Assembly: GCA_965261595.1 (NCBI GenBank)
Contig: CBDHDG010000002.1
Coordinates: 160,001-224,000, forward strand
DNA: 64,000 nucleotides
Reading direction: 5' to 3'
Origin: a bacterium
Lineage (GTDB): Bacteria; UBA8248; JACPRG01; G963555815
Below the pieces are notes generated by a model. The model ran no database searches. It had not been told where the DNA came from and was given only the letters and a program-made list of their open reading frames with translations. Below, piece after piece: positions 42,522-52,197 of this stretch; the stretch's first letter is position 1; every line of letters starts with the position of its first letter. The position numbers and the translations under genes were made by a program.

Positions 42522-44651
42522 TCAGGCCATCTTCAGCAGACCATTGCGAAATTCATCCACGGCGAATCGCCAGCCGGGCTCCACGACAATGGTGGTGTCC
42601 TCGGCCTCTACGATCTCGGGCCCCTCGAAGCTGTGGCCGACCTGGAGCCGCTGACGCGCATAGACCGGCGTGTCCCGCCAGCCGATGTCGGGCCAGAAGG
42701 CCGGGCGGGTTCCCGACTGGGCGGTCGACGCGTCGGATCCATGCGGCTCGAACCTGCGGACTTCGGGCTTGCTCCCCGGGATCGTGGCGCGGAGGACGAA
42801 GTTCTCGATCTCCACGCCCGCCTCCGGCGTCAGGCCCATCGAGCTGTATGCCTCGCTGTATTCCTTTTCGAAGGCGGCGTAGATCGCCCGGATGTCGTCC
42901 GGGCTTTGAACTTTTATCACCGGAGAGATTGCGCGCTTGACGTTGAGCTGGCCGCCGAACTTCATGTCCAGCTCCAGCATCCACTGGATATCCCGGAGAT
43001 CGAGCCCTTCCCCCCGGAAGTCCTTCCGGGCGCGCTCCATCAGGCCGTCCACCACCGCGTTGAAGGTGTCATAGTCCTCGAACAGGGTGCCCTTGAAGTC
43101 CATGAGGTGAAGGTCCAGGGACTTTTCGTAGAGATGGATCATGTCCATCGTGGCGGAGTCGTAGGCGCAGAACGTGGAGGCGAACGGGAAGACGACAATG
43201 GTCTCCAACTGGGCGAATGAGGCGAACCCGGTGGCGTGGACGGGACCGGCGCCGCCCACCGCGAACAAGATGAACTCGCGCGGGTCGAACCCCTTCAACA
43301 CGGTCTCTTTGTAAATCTCCCCCCCCATGCCAGCGTCCACCACCCGCTTGGCCAGCAAGGCCGCCTCTTCCACGCTGACGCCGAGGGGGGCGGCCATATC
43401 CTCCTGAATCGCCTTCACGGCCAAATCCTTGTTCAGCTTCAGCCGCCCGCCGTGGAAGGTGTCCGGGTTGATGTACCCCAACACAACATCGGCGTCGGTC
43501 ACGGTGGGTTGGGCGCCGCCCTGATTGTAACAGGCGGGTCCCGGGTGGGCGCCGGCGCTCTCCGGGCCGACCTCCACCTGATTTCCCAGGATCGGATTGA
43601 CCCGGATGATGGAGCCCCCGCCCGCGCCGATGGACCGGACGTCCAGCATCGTAGCGTCCACGACCCATCGGTCGATGATGGGCTGGAACTGGTAAAACCG
43701 GGTGCTGCCTTCGGCGACCATGCCGATGTCGAAGCTGGTCCCGCCCATGTCGGCGCTGATCACGTTCTTGTAGCCGTAATAGGGCGCAAGGTGGAAACTT
43801 CCCATGACGCCGGCCACAGGGCCGCCGTTGTAGGTGTTGACGGCGGAGGTCTTGAAGACGGACGCCATTCCCCCCGTGTTGTGGATCATCATCAACGGCC
43901 GCTGGTAGCGGCGGTCGCGCAGCTCTTCGGTGATCCCGATCAACTCCGCGTACATGGACTGGTGGAGGTAAGCGCTGAGGATGGTCATCATCGTCCGGGG
44001 GTACTCGTAGATGCGCGGGGCGATCTCGGTGGACAGGAACACGGGCATGTTGCCCAGGTAGGCGTCGTTGTATTCCGCACGGATCAATTCCGCGATGCGT
44101 TCCTCGTGCACGGGGTTGGCGAAGGACCACAGCAGGGAGACCACAAACGCCCGGGCCCCCTTGTCCACCAGGCCGCCCAGTTGTTCCAGAAATTTATCTT
44201 CGTCCAGCGGATAGATGACATCTCCGTTGGAGTCGATGCGCTCCTTGGCCCCCACCACCATGGATTTGTCGATGAGCGGCTCGGGCCGCCGGATCCGGGC
44301 GATGTTTCGGGCGAATTTGAACGGAATTCCATCCGCCCACTGGCTGCAGCGGCCGATGAAAATCGTGTCTTCGAACCCGTGGGTCGTGATGAGCGCCAGC
44401 TTGGGTCCGACGCGCTCGATCAATTTGTTCATGGCCAGAGTGGTGGAGTAACGGATGATCTCCGTTTCCTCCAGCAGATCCTCCACCTCGAGGTCGAGGC
44501 GATCGGCGCCCTCCTCGATGGCCTGCATCAGGCACACGGACAGATCATAGGCGGTGGTTCTGGTCTTGCACCACACCTGCTCCCCGTTTCGGGTGATGAA
44601 GCAGTCCGTGAACGTCCCCCCAATATCGATATCGATGGAGGTTTCAGCCAT
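42522..44651 (-). CDS. Hydantoinase A/oxoprolinase family (ApcC-like)
   Basis: DIDIGGTFTD, DMGGTSFDIG, SIGAGGGSI, GPESAGAHPGPACY, PTVTDAD, GGAGPVH. Confidence 0.9.
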   Translation of the reverse strand: MAETSIDIDIGGTFTDCFITRNGEQVWCKTRTTAYDLSVCLMQAIEEGADRLDLEVEDLLEETEIIRYSTTLAMNKLIERVGPKLALITTHGFEDTIFIGRCSQWADGIPFKFARNIARIRRPEPLIDKSMVVGAKERIDSNGDVIYPLDEDKFLEQLGGLVDKGARAFVVSLLWSFANPVHEERIAELIRAEYNDAYLGNMPVFLSTEIAPRIYEYPRTMMTILSAYLHQSMYAELIGITEELRDRRYQRPLMMIHNTGGMASVFKTSAVNTYNGGPVAGVMGSFHLAPYYGYKNVISADMGGTSFDIGMVAEGSTRFYQFQPIIDRWVVDATMLDVRSIGAGGGSIIRVNPILGNQVEVGPESAGAHPGPACYNQGGAQPTVTDADVVLGYINPDTFHGGRLKLNKDLAVKAIQEDMAAPLGVSVEEAALLAKRVVDAGMGGEIYKETVLKGFDPREFILFAVGGAGPVHATGFASFAQLETIVVFPFASTFCAYDSATMDMIHLYEKSLDLHLMDFKGTLFEDYDTFNAVVDGLMERARKDFRGEGLDLRDIQWMLELDMKFGGQLNVKRAISPVIKVQSPDDIRAIYAAFEKEYSEAYSSMGLTPEAGVEIENFVLRATIPGSKPEVRRFEPHGSDASTAQSGTRPAFWPDIGWRDTPVYARQRLQVGHSFEGPEIVEAEDTTIVVEPGWRFAVDEFRNGLLKMA

Positions 44652-45009
44652 CTTGTGTTTCCCCCAACGGTTGGACCCCGTATTTGGCTTTCAGCGCGTC
44701 CATGTCCAGTTCAACATCGAAGGTGATGGGATGGCCCGGCGGAAGATATTCGACCTCGATCATCGTGGCGCAGCCCGGGCAATAAAACTCGACCACCCGG
44801 CACCATTCAGGGTCGGGGGCGAATCCATACTCGCCCTCGACCACGGGGCGGTGAATTTCCCGCGGGTCGCGGTCCGCAAGCAGGCACCCCTCCTTGTAAT
44901 TTCCGCGGGCGGGGCCGAGATCCCATCCGCAAACCCTGCAATGCCAAGCCTCCCGCTCCAGGTCGATCTCCAGGTATTCTGTAATCTGAGGCCGGGTGAC
45001 CATGATCAC
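44644..45009 (-). CDS. Acetone carboxylase gamma-subunit-like protein (ApcB-like)
   Basis: ITEYL...CRVC...NYKEGCL...EFYCPGC...EYLPPGHP. Confidence 0.85.
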   Translation of the reverse strand: MIMVTRPQITEYLEIDLEREAWHCRVCGWDLGPARGNYKEGCLLADRDPREIHRPVVEGEYGFAPDPEWCRVVEFYCPGCATMIEVEYLPPGHPITFDVELDMDALKAKYGVQPLGETQDG

Positions 45010-46999
45010 ACCTCCATGACGCCGTTTCCGGCGGAGTCAATTCGAAACGGGGTCTGATCGGGTACGAGCACGGAGGTGAACGCTCCCTCGATGATGGCGG
45101 GTCCTCGCACCTCGGACCCGAGGGGCAGCCGGTCGAGCCGGTAGACCGCCGCGTCCGCCTCCCCGGAGGTTAGCCGGATTCGACGCCTTCCGAGTTGGGC
45201 TTCAGCCGCGTCGGCGGCTCTATCCCCGGCCGCTTTCAAGTCCGGGTGGGGCACGGGGCATGTCGCCGTCAGCCGGACAATCAGGTATTGGCCGCCAGGC
45301 GGGAGATTGCTCAGAAAGCGATCCAACTCACCGGGCGGCCGGCCGTTGGTGAGAGCGCCCCTCGCGCTTCCCACTTCTTCCGTTCCTGCCAGACAAAGGA
45401 TCTCGATCGCGCAGCTCATGTCCTCCGCGGCAAACCCCTCGCCGCGCATGTCGCGGAGGGCGCGCGCGCAATTCCTCCGTGATTTGCCCCAACGCTTCGG
45501 GGGTGACGGGGACATCGGTCAGCGGCCGGATTTCCTCGTACCGGTGGGTCACATCCAGCGTGCTGGCGCCGAAGGCGGAGAAGACGGCGGCGACGGCGGG
45601 GACATAGACCTCGCCCAGGTTCAATTGCTTCGCCAGGCCGTGCGCCAGCATGCCCGCGCCTCCGCCGAACGCATACAGCGTGGCCCCATCCAATGAAACG
45701 CCGGAGGGTATCGGCACGCGCTCACCAATGTGCCGGGCCAGGGTCGTTTCGATGGCTTCCTTTGCCTTCAGCGCGGCGTCGGCCGGATCGATGCCCGACG
45801 GTCCCGCGATTCGTTCTTGCAGCGCTTCGCGCGCCCGTTCCGGGTCCAGGCGCTTCCGTCCGCCCAGGTATTGGTCGGGCGCCAGGTAACCGAGGGTGAG
45901 CCAGACATCGGTGGGGGTGACTTCGGCGCCTCCCAGCCCGAAGGAAGCGGGACCGGGCACGGCGCCCTGGCTGTCGGGTCCGACGGTCAGCCCGCCGTTT
46001 TCGTCGCACCGGATGATCGACCCCCCTCCGACGCCGAATGAGATGATGTTGGGAGTGCGCTGGGCGACCTGAACGCCGTTGATGGGCAGGTAATCGGCGG
46101 TGACCGGGTTTCCCTTGGCGATCAGAGACACATCGGAGGTGGTGCCCCCCACGTCGATGCTGAGCGCCCGGTCATGGCCCACCGCTTGGGCCATGACTTG
46201 GGCTCCGCGGACTCCGGCCGCGGGGCCGGACTGGTAGGTGTGAATGGCCCGGGTCTTGGCGACCCGGGTGACGCCGTAGTCCGCGGTGACGATCAAAAGC
46301 GGATAGCGGTAACCGGCCTTTTTGACTTGGTCCTCGGCCTTGTAGAGGGAGTTGACCAGGGATCGGTGGAAATAGGCGTTCACCACGGCCGTGTTGGTTC
46401 GCAGCTCGTCGTTTGGAACCCGGGAGACCTGATGGGAAACCAGCAGGGGCACCGCCCCGAGGTAGTGGCGCGGATAGGCCGCGTCGATCGTCCGTCTGAC
46501 ACCCATCTCGTTGGCCGGATTACAGGTGAGCGTTCCGCAGGCTGATGACGACCATGCGGGCCCCGTTCTCCAGCAGGCGCCGCACCCCGGCGTCGACTTC
46601 TTCCGCGTCCGGCGGGCGCACCGCTTCGCCCCGGTCATCGACTTCTTCGGAGACCCCGACCACCATTTGCGAAGAGACAAAGGCGGTGATCGGGTTTTCC
46701 GCTTCGGCGGCGTAGAGGTCCTTTTCAGCCCCCTTCGTGACAATGACGCCCAGCTTGGGGCCGGTGCGCTGGACGGCCGTATTCGTGGCAATCGTGGAGG
46801 AGAAGCGGATCACGCGGGTTTGCTCGAGCAAATCCGGCGTTTCCATTTCGAGCCGGCGGGCGCCCTCTTCGATGCAGGAGAAAAAGCAGACCGTCAGGTC
46901 GTGGGGAGTTGTTTCGACCTTGACGCTGGTGGCGCGTCCGTCACCGAAGATGTACCCGTCCGTAAAGGTGCCCCCCGTATCGATGTCGATGGTGTACAA
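45006..46999 (-). pseudogene. Hydantoinase A family (ApcA-like) with two frameshifts
   Basis: DIDTGGTFTD N-terminus; extra T at about 46522 (NAHL/NPANE); slip in a (GC)n tract at about 45460-45469 (ELRAR/ALRDMRGEG). Confidence 0.85.
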
Positions 47000-47333
47000 A
47001 GGCTTTGCACCCTCCCGTTCAACGGCTTGCGGGCTGCGGGCCCTCAGAGCCGCAGGCTCTCAGAGCCGTGGACTCCCGGCGCACTCCATCGCGGCGCCGC
47101 AGCTTCCCTCGACGACGTAGAATTCCGCCGAACTTGCCAATTGTAGAAAGAAGGGGATTCTAACACGAAATTTTAACAATGCTTCAATCTGATTTTCGAT
47201 TGCGAAATGCTGTGCTTCTCTTTCATTGCCAAGACTCATCGTTTCTTTGAATCAGGGAAGGCTCCCCGGCAGGCTGTTGCATCGCTCTTTTTGTAACGGA
47301 CTCTCTCCCCCCTCTCCCCCCCCCAACACCCGG

Positions 47334-48020
47334 CTAGTCGGCCCAGCCCGGCTCATAGCGCTCTCCCTTCACAACGCGTTGGACGAAGATCCCGGGGGTG
47401 ACAACGGCTTCCGGCGCCAGGCCGCCCACCTCCACGATCTCCTCGACCTCCGCAATCGTGATCTTCGCCGCGGCCGCCATGACCGGGTTGAAGTTCCGGG
47501 CGGCCATCCGGTAGACGAGGTTGCCCATCCGGTCCGCCCGGAAAGCCTCGAGCAGGGCATAGTCGGCCCGAAGGGGGGATTCCAGGAGGTATTCCCGGCC
47601 GTCAAGGACCCGGACCTCCTTACCCTCCGCCACGGGCGTCCCGACGCCGGTCGGCGTATAAAATCCCCCCAAGCCCGCCGCGGCCGCCCGCATGCGCTCG
47701 ACCAACGTTCCCTGAGGGACCAGCTCGAGCGCTGTCTCTCCCGCCTTTAGACGCGCCTCAAAGGCATCGCTTGCCCCGGGAACCGGAAAGCTGGCGTAGA
47801 GTTTTTTGATCTGGTTGTTACGATAAAGCTTGGAAATCCCGCGCTCTCCCGAGCCCGCCGAGTTGGAAATCACAACCAGGTCTTTCGCGCCCCGCTCAGA
47901 CAGGGCGCGTATCAAGTTTTCCGGAACGCCCGCGTCGCCGAACCCACCGACCATGATGACCGAGCCATCTTGGATGTCGGCCACGGCCGCGGCGGAATCG
48001 GGGCGGACCTTATCGATCAT
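47334..48020 (-). CDS. 3-oxoacid CoA-transferase subunit A
   Basis: GGFG..GVPENLI, VPQGTLVERMRA..AGLGGFYTPTGVGT, GNLVYR..ARNFNP, TPGIFV. Confidence 0.9.
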   Translation of the reverse strand: MIDKVRPDSAAAVADIQDGSVIMVGGFGDAGVPENLIRALSERGAKDLVVISNSAGSGERGISKLYRNNQIKKLYASFPVPGASDAFEARLKAGETALELVPQGTLVERMRAAAAGLGGFYTPTGVGTPVAEGKEVRVLDGREYLLESPLRADYALLEAFRADRMGNLVYRMAARNFNPVMAAAAKITIAEVEEIVEVGGLAPEAVVTPGIFVQRVVKGERYEPGWAD

Positions 48021-48196
48021 TCGAGTTATCCATTGAATCGAAAAGCGGCAATCTCAATACCCGCTTGGGGTGTCATGAAGCCCAGGGGTCCATCCCCCCC
48101 CTTTTTTACAGATTCATTCGTCCTCCGTAAAGGACGATGTGTGTTCATGGGGAGAGGGTGAGACCCGCGCCGTTCTTCGCCGCGCCACCCCGATCC

Positions 48197-49816
48197 TCAG
48201 TAAAGCCCCAGGGCGCGAAGGGTGCGGGGGCCGGCGACGCCGTCGGGCGTGAGATTGCGGCGCTTCTGAAATTCCTTCACCGCCAGCGTGACCTTGGGCG
48301 AGAACCGCCCGTTGGCCGGCCCGGCGTACAGTTTCCGGGTCCGCAGGGCCTCCTGGAGCCGCTCGACTTCGAGACCCCGGTCGCCCTCTTTCAGGAAGGT
48401 CTTGCCCCGTTTGCCCCTCTTCGAGTAGTAGAGCCGTTGTTTGCTGGATTTCAGATACATGGAGCGCGCCGCCGGGCTGGCCGCGGCCCGGTCCATCTGA
48501 GAGGACTCCATTCGCATGGCTTCGAGCTTCTTGGACAGGACGAGGTTGTTCAGCGTTTTGTTTTTCGCGGCGAGCTCGTTGGCCAGGGCGGCGATGCCGC
48601 GTTTGGCCTCCACCCTTCGGCCCTTCTCGTACATCCGGATCGCCTTGGAGTAACGCTGGTCGGTCTCGGTGAGGATGGCCTCGGCCATGACCTTCTTGTT
48701 GCGGGATGCCAGGACGACCTGTGTGTCCGGAGAAACCCGCACTTTGAGGGCCGTGGCGTGGCTTCCGGGCCGGTTGTCGAGGGTGTCCACGTAGTGAAGC
48801 TCCAGACGGCCCAGGTCCAGCCCGCCATCGCGGGCGGCGTTGACTTCGAGGCGGAGGACAACGGACCTTTTCTCGCCGGAGTAGAAGTTCCCCATCGGGA
48901 TGGTCGTGCTTCCGCCTTTACGGGTGTGCGCGTAGCCGAAGACGGTGACCTTCTCCACGGCCGGGCTGGCGGTGAAGACGAGCCGGGCGTCCTTGGCGAC
49001 GGTGGCGTACAGCGTGGACAGCTCCCGTCGGAAGATGCGGCTCATCCGGGCGGGATTTTCGATGTAGTAGTAATTGCCCGCGCCGTTCTCGGCGATGGTC
49101 TGCATCAGGTCCTCGTCGTAATTCAGCCCGAGGCCCGCGGTCGAGATGCTGACGCCCTTGCGCAGCGCCTCGCGAACGAGCTGCCGGATGGCGGCCGGCC
49201 GAGTGACGCCCCGGTTGGCGAGGCCGTCGGACATCAGAAGGACCCGGTTGACGCCTTCGCGGTCCAGGTGTTTAAGCGTTTCCTCGACGCCCTTCATCAT
49301 CCCCCCGGCGAGGTCGGTCGAGCCCCGGGGGCTGAGGCTGTCGATGAGGCGTTTGATCATCTCCGGCGCCTCGACCGGCGTGGAGGGCCAAAGGACGGTG
49401 ATCCGGTCGTCGTACTCGATCACGGCCAGGCGGTCCTTGGGACTCAGCAGGTCGACCACGACCTTGGCCGCTTTGCGGGCGTAGGTGATCTTGCCGCGCT
49501 GGGACATCGAGCCGGAGCGGTCGATGACGAGCGCCAGGTTCATCCGCGGACGCTCTTTGCCCGGCTCGGGTTTCCGCTCGGGGACGTCGAACTCAATCAG
49601 GACGTACACCAGGCGTTTTTTCCCCGGCAGGATCACCTTGCGGTCGAGCTCGACTTTTGGGGTGACCGGGGCGGATAGCGCGGAACCGGCTGCCAGGGTG
49701 GCAGGACCGGCCTCTAGGGTAGCGGGACCGGCCGACAGGGTGATCAGGGTCAGGCACAGACCGAGAACAAGCAGCCATCGGACGGCGCCCCTTCCGCTTT
49801 TCAACCGGGATCTCAT
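48197..49816 (-). CDS. Secreted VWA-domain protein with C-terminal peptidoglycan-binding domain
   Basis: MIDAS DRSGSM, LMSDGLANRG; C-terminal LKEGDRGLEVERLQEAL...AVKEFQ...LTPDGVAGPRT. Confidence 0.88.
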   Translation of the reverse strand: MRSRLKSGRGAVRWLLVLGLCLTLITLSAGPATLEAGPATLAAGSALSAPVTPKVELDRKVILPGKKRLVYVLIEFDVPERKPEPGKERPRMNLALVIDRSGSMSQRGKITYARKAAKVVVDLLSPKDRLAVIEYDDRITVLWPSTPVEAPEMIKRLIDSLSPRGSTDLAGGMMKGVEETLKHLDREGVNRVLLMSDGLANRGVTRPAAIRQLVREALRKGVSISTAGLGLNYDEDLMQTIAENGAGNYYYIENPARMSRIFRRELSTLYATVAKDARLVFTASPAVEKVTVFGYAHTRKGGSTTIPMGNFYSGEKRSVVLRLEVNAARDGGLDLGRLELHYVDTLDNRPGSHATALKVRVSPDTQVVLASRNKKVMAEAILTETDQRYSKAIRMYEKGRRVEAKRGIAALANELAAKNKTLNNLVLSKKLEAMRMESSQMDRAAASPAARSMYLKSSKQRLYYSKRGKRGKTFLKEGDRGLEVERLQEALRTRKLYAGPANGRFSPKVTLAVKEFQKRRNLTPDGVAGPRTLRALGLY

Positions 49817-50144
49817 CTCCACTTCCTCCTCACTGAAATTCGGCCGTTGATTCGAATCGGTCGTATGGCGTTGATTCACCCAGCCCGCAACCACCGGACG
49901 CCTCGAAATCATCGAATCCTGAAGGGCGTCTAGGACCGCCCCATCCCCGCCGGATGCGGCGATGGGGCGGTCCTCATCCAATATGACAATCCATCCGGCC
50001 AATTGGTTCTCGCGTGGGGGGAGGGGGGGGGGAGGGGAGGGGGGCCTATTCTCCTGCCGCGCGGTCCTGGTTCGCTGGAAATCTTTAAAATGTTAGAATG
50101 TAATCTCTGACCTCAATTCCATGCTTCATTTGAGGAGTTACTGA

Positions 50145-51470
50145 ATGGCTGAGCGGATTCGGAAAACGGTTGCGCCCAAGGATTTGGCGACCCCCCTGAT
50201 GAAGTATTCGCCCGGGATCAAGGTCGGGCCATGGGTCTTCGTGGCCGGAAAAACGGCGGGGAACTTTTCGGAAGAGGGTTTGGCCCCGGAAGCGCGGCCC
50301 GGCTTGCGGAACCCCGACCTTCAACCGAATCCCCTCCGCCTCCAGGCCCTTTCTATCCTGCCGAACCTGAAAAAAGTCCTGGACGCCAGCGGGTCGTCGA
50401 TGGACCTCACGGTCCGGATGGACGATTTCATTGTGAGCGATGGCGCGGCCCAAGATGGAATCGGGTCAGCCACGGAATACCTGCGCGCCCGGGACGAGCT
50501 CATGCCGGAATCCTCCGGCGCTCCCGCTTCGACGACGGTTGGTTGCAGCAGTCTTTTGTGCAAGCCGACGGTTCTTGAAGTGGATTGCATCGGGATCACG
50601 AAAAGTTCCGGTTGGAAGAAGGAAGTGATCCGGTCCCCGGGCGTCCCGGTCCCGCCGTTCAGGCGGAGCGACGCCATCCGGACGGGGCCTTACGTCTTCT
50701 GCTCGGGCGCCCTCGCGACCGATTGGATTCACGGCGTAGCGCCCTCGGCCCGGACGAACGGCGAGTTCCGGCTCGGAAACGACATCGAGAAGCAAACCCG
50801 CTTCATCCTGGAGCAATTGGAAAAAGTCCTGGAGGAGGCCGGGTCATCCCTGGACCTCGCCGTCAAGGCCCAGGTCCACCTCACCGCTGAAGGCATGAGG
50901 CAAATCAGCAAGTTCGATGAGGTCTGGAAGGAGGTTTTCCCCAAAAACCCGCCCGCCCGCTGTCTCACGCCCGCGGCGTGGCTCGTGGCCAAGGGCTGCA
51001 TGGTCGAGATCAACCTCGTTGCCGTTACGAAGGACGGCGGGATCAAGCCTCAGGTGATCAGGGCGAAGGGGGTTCCCAAATGGCCGCTGCATGAGCCCCA
51101 CGCGGTGAAGGCGGGGAACCTGCTCTTTCTTTCCACGGGAATCGCCGCCGACAACAAGGGAGATTACCCCCGGGAATGCCGGATCAATCCCCACTACCCC
51201 TGGTACGAGAAGGGGATCCGAAAGCAGATGGAGTTTATCCTCGGCAACGCCGAGAAAATCGTGAAAGCGGCCGGCGGCTCGGGGTATGAGAACATCATCC
51301 GCCGCCAGGCGTTCCATTCCGACTTCGACGAATTCATCCTGTGCTTCGAGACTTGGCGGACCCCGTTTCCGCACGACCCGCCGGTGAGCACCACCATCGA
51401 GGATTCGACCGTTCCCCTGCCCGTGCCGGGGGCGACGCTCGTTCTGGACCTCTGGGCCTATATTCCGTGA
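50145..51470 (+). CDS. RidA/YjgF family protein with three tandem domains
   Basis: Three repeats of (GI/AI/AV)xxG(P/N)xxFx(A/S)...Q...IL..L..vLe.aGsS...P(A/V)(S/R)...E/D. Confidence 0.8.
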   Translation: MAERIRKTVAPKDLATPLMKYSPGIKVGPWVFVAGKTAGNFSEEGLAPEARPGLRNPDLQPNPLRLQALSILPNLKKVLDASGSSMDLTVRMDDFIVSDGAAQDGIGSATEYLRARDELMPESSGAPASTTVGCSSLLCKPTVLEVDCIGITKSSGWKKEVIRSPGVPVPPFRRSDAIRTGPYVFCSGALATDWIHGVAPSARTNGEFRLGNDIEKQTRFILEQLEKVLEEAGSSLDLAVKAQVHLTAEGMRQISKFDEVWKEVFPKNPPARCLTPAAWLVAKGCMVEINLVAVTKDGGIKPQVIRAKGVPKWPLHEPHAVKAGNLLFLSTGIAADNKGDYPRECRINPHYPWYEKGIRKQMEFILGNAEKIVKAAGGSGYENIIRRQAFHSDFDEFILCFETWRTPFPHDPPVSTTIEDSTVPLPVPGATLVLDLWAYIP

Positions 51471-51498
51471 CGCCCGGCGGCCATAGCGAGAAATCCCG

Positions 51499-52158
51499 GT
51501 GACTTCGCATGACACAGACCCCGTACTCAAGGAGTACGGCAAGCTTGCGCCTCACTACGACCGGCGCTGGTCGTTTTACATCGAGGCGACTCTGCGCGAG
51601 ACGCTGAGCCGGCTCGAGCTCCAGCCCGGGGAGAGTCTGGTCGACGTTGGGTGCGGAACCGGGGCGCTACTCGAAGCGCTCTTGGCCACTGGGCGGGAAG
51701 GGCAGCTATCGGGAGTTGACCCATCGCCCGAAATGCTCGAAGTGGCGCGCGGGAGGCTCGGCGAAGCGGTTCTTCTGAAGCAGAGCCACGTGGAGAGCCT
51801 GCCCTTTCCCGACGAGGCGTTCGATGTCGTGGTTTCCACGAACGCCTTTCACTACTTTCGCGACCCGCCGGCCGCGCTCGAAGAGATGGCGCGCGTACTG
51901 CGACCCCACGGACGGATCGTGATCACGGACTGGTGTGATGACTATGTCGGATGCCGGCTCTGCGACCTCTTCCTCCGCGTCTTCAACAGGTCCCACGCCC
52001 GGAGCTATGGGCAGAAGCGGTTCCGTCATCTCGTCCAGCAGGCCGGATTCACCCTGATCGCGATCGATCGCTACAAGATCAACTGGCTCTGGGGCCTGAT
52101 GACAGCGGTGGGCCGGAAGCGCGCCGTCCAACAAGGCGATGAAGCTGACCGGCTATAG
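51499..52158 (+). CDS. Class I SAM-dependent methyltransferase
   Basis: VDVGCGTG, GVDPSPEML, LPFPDEAFDVV, RVLRPHG. Confidence 0.9.
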   Translation: MTSHDTDPVLKEYGKLAPHYDRRWSFYIEATLRETLSRLELQPGESLVDVGCGTGALLEALLATGREGQLSGVDPSPEMLEVARGRLGEAVLLKQSHVESLPFPDEAFDVVVSTNAFHYFRDPPAALEEMARVLRPHGRIVITDWCDDYVGCRLCDLFLRVFNRSHARSYGQKRFRHLVQQAGFTLIAIDRYKINWLWGLMTAVGRKRAVQQGDEADRL

Positions 52159-52197
52159 CGTAGCGTCGGCCATCTGTGGCAGCCTTCCGGCGGCGGG

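Noticed and set aside
47194..47207. TTTCG-ATTG-CGAAA palindrome upstream of the carboxylase-like operon
   Set aside because: Plausible regulator site, but short, single, and with no cognate regulator in the window.
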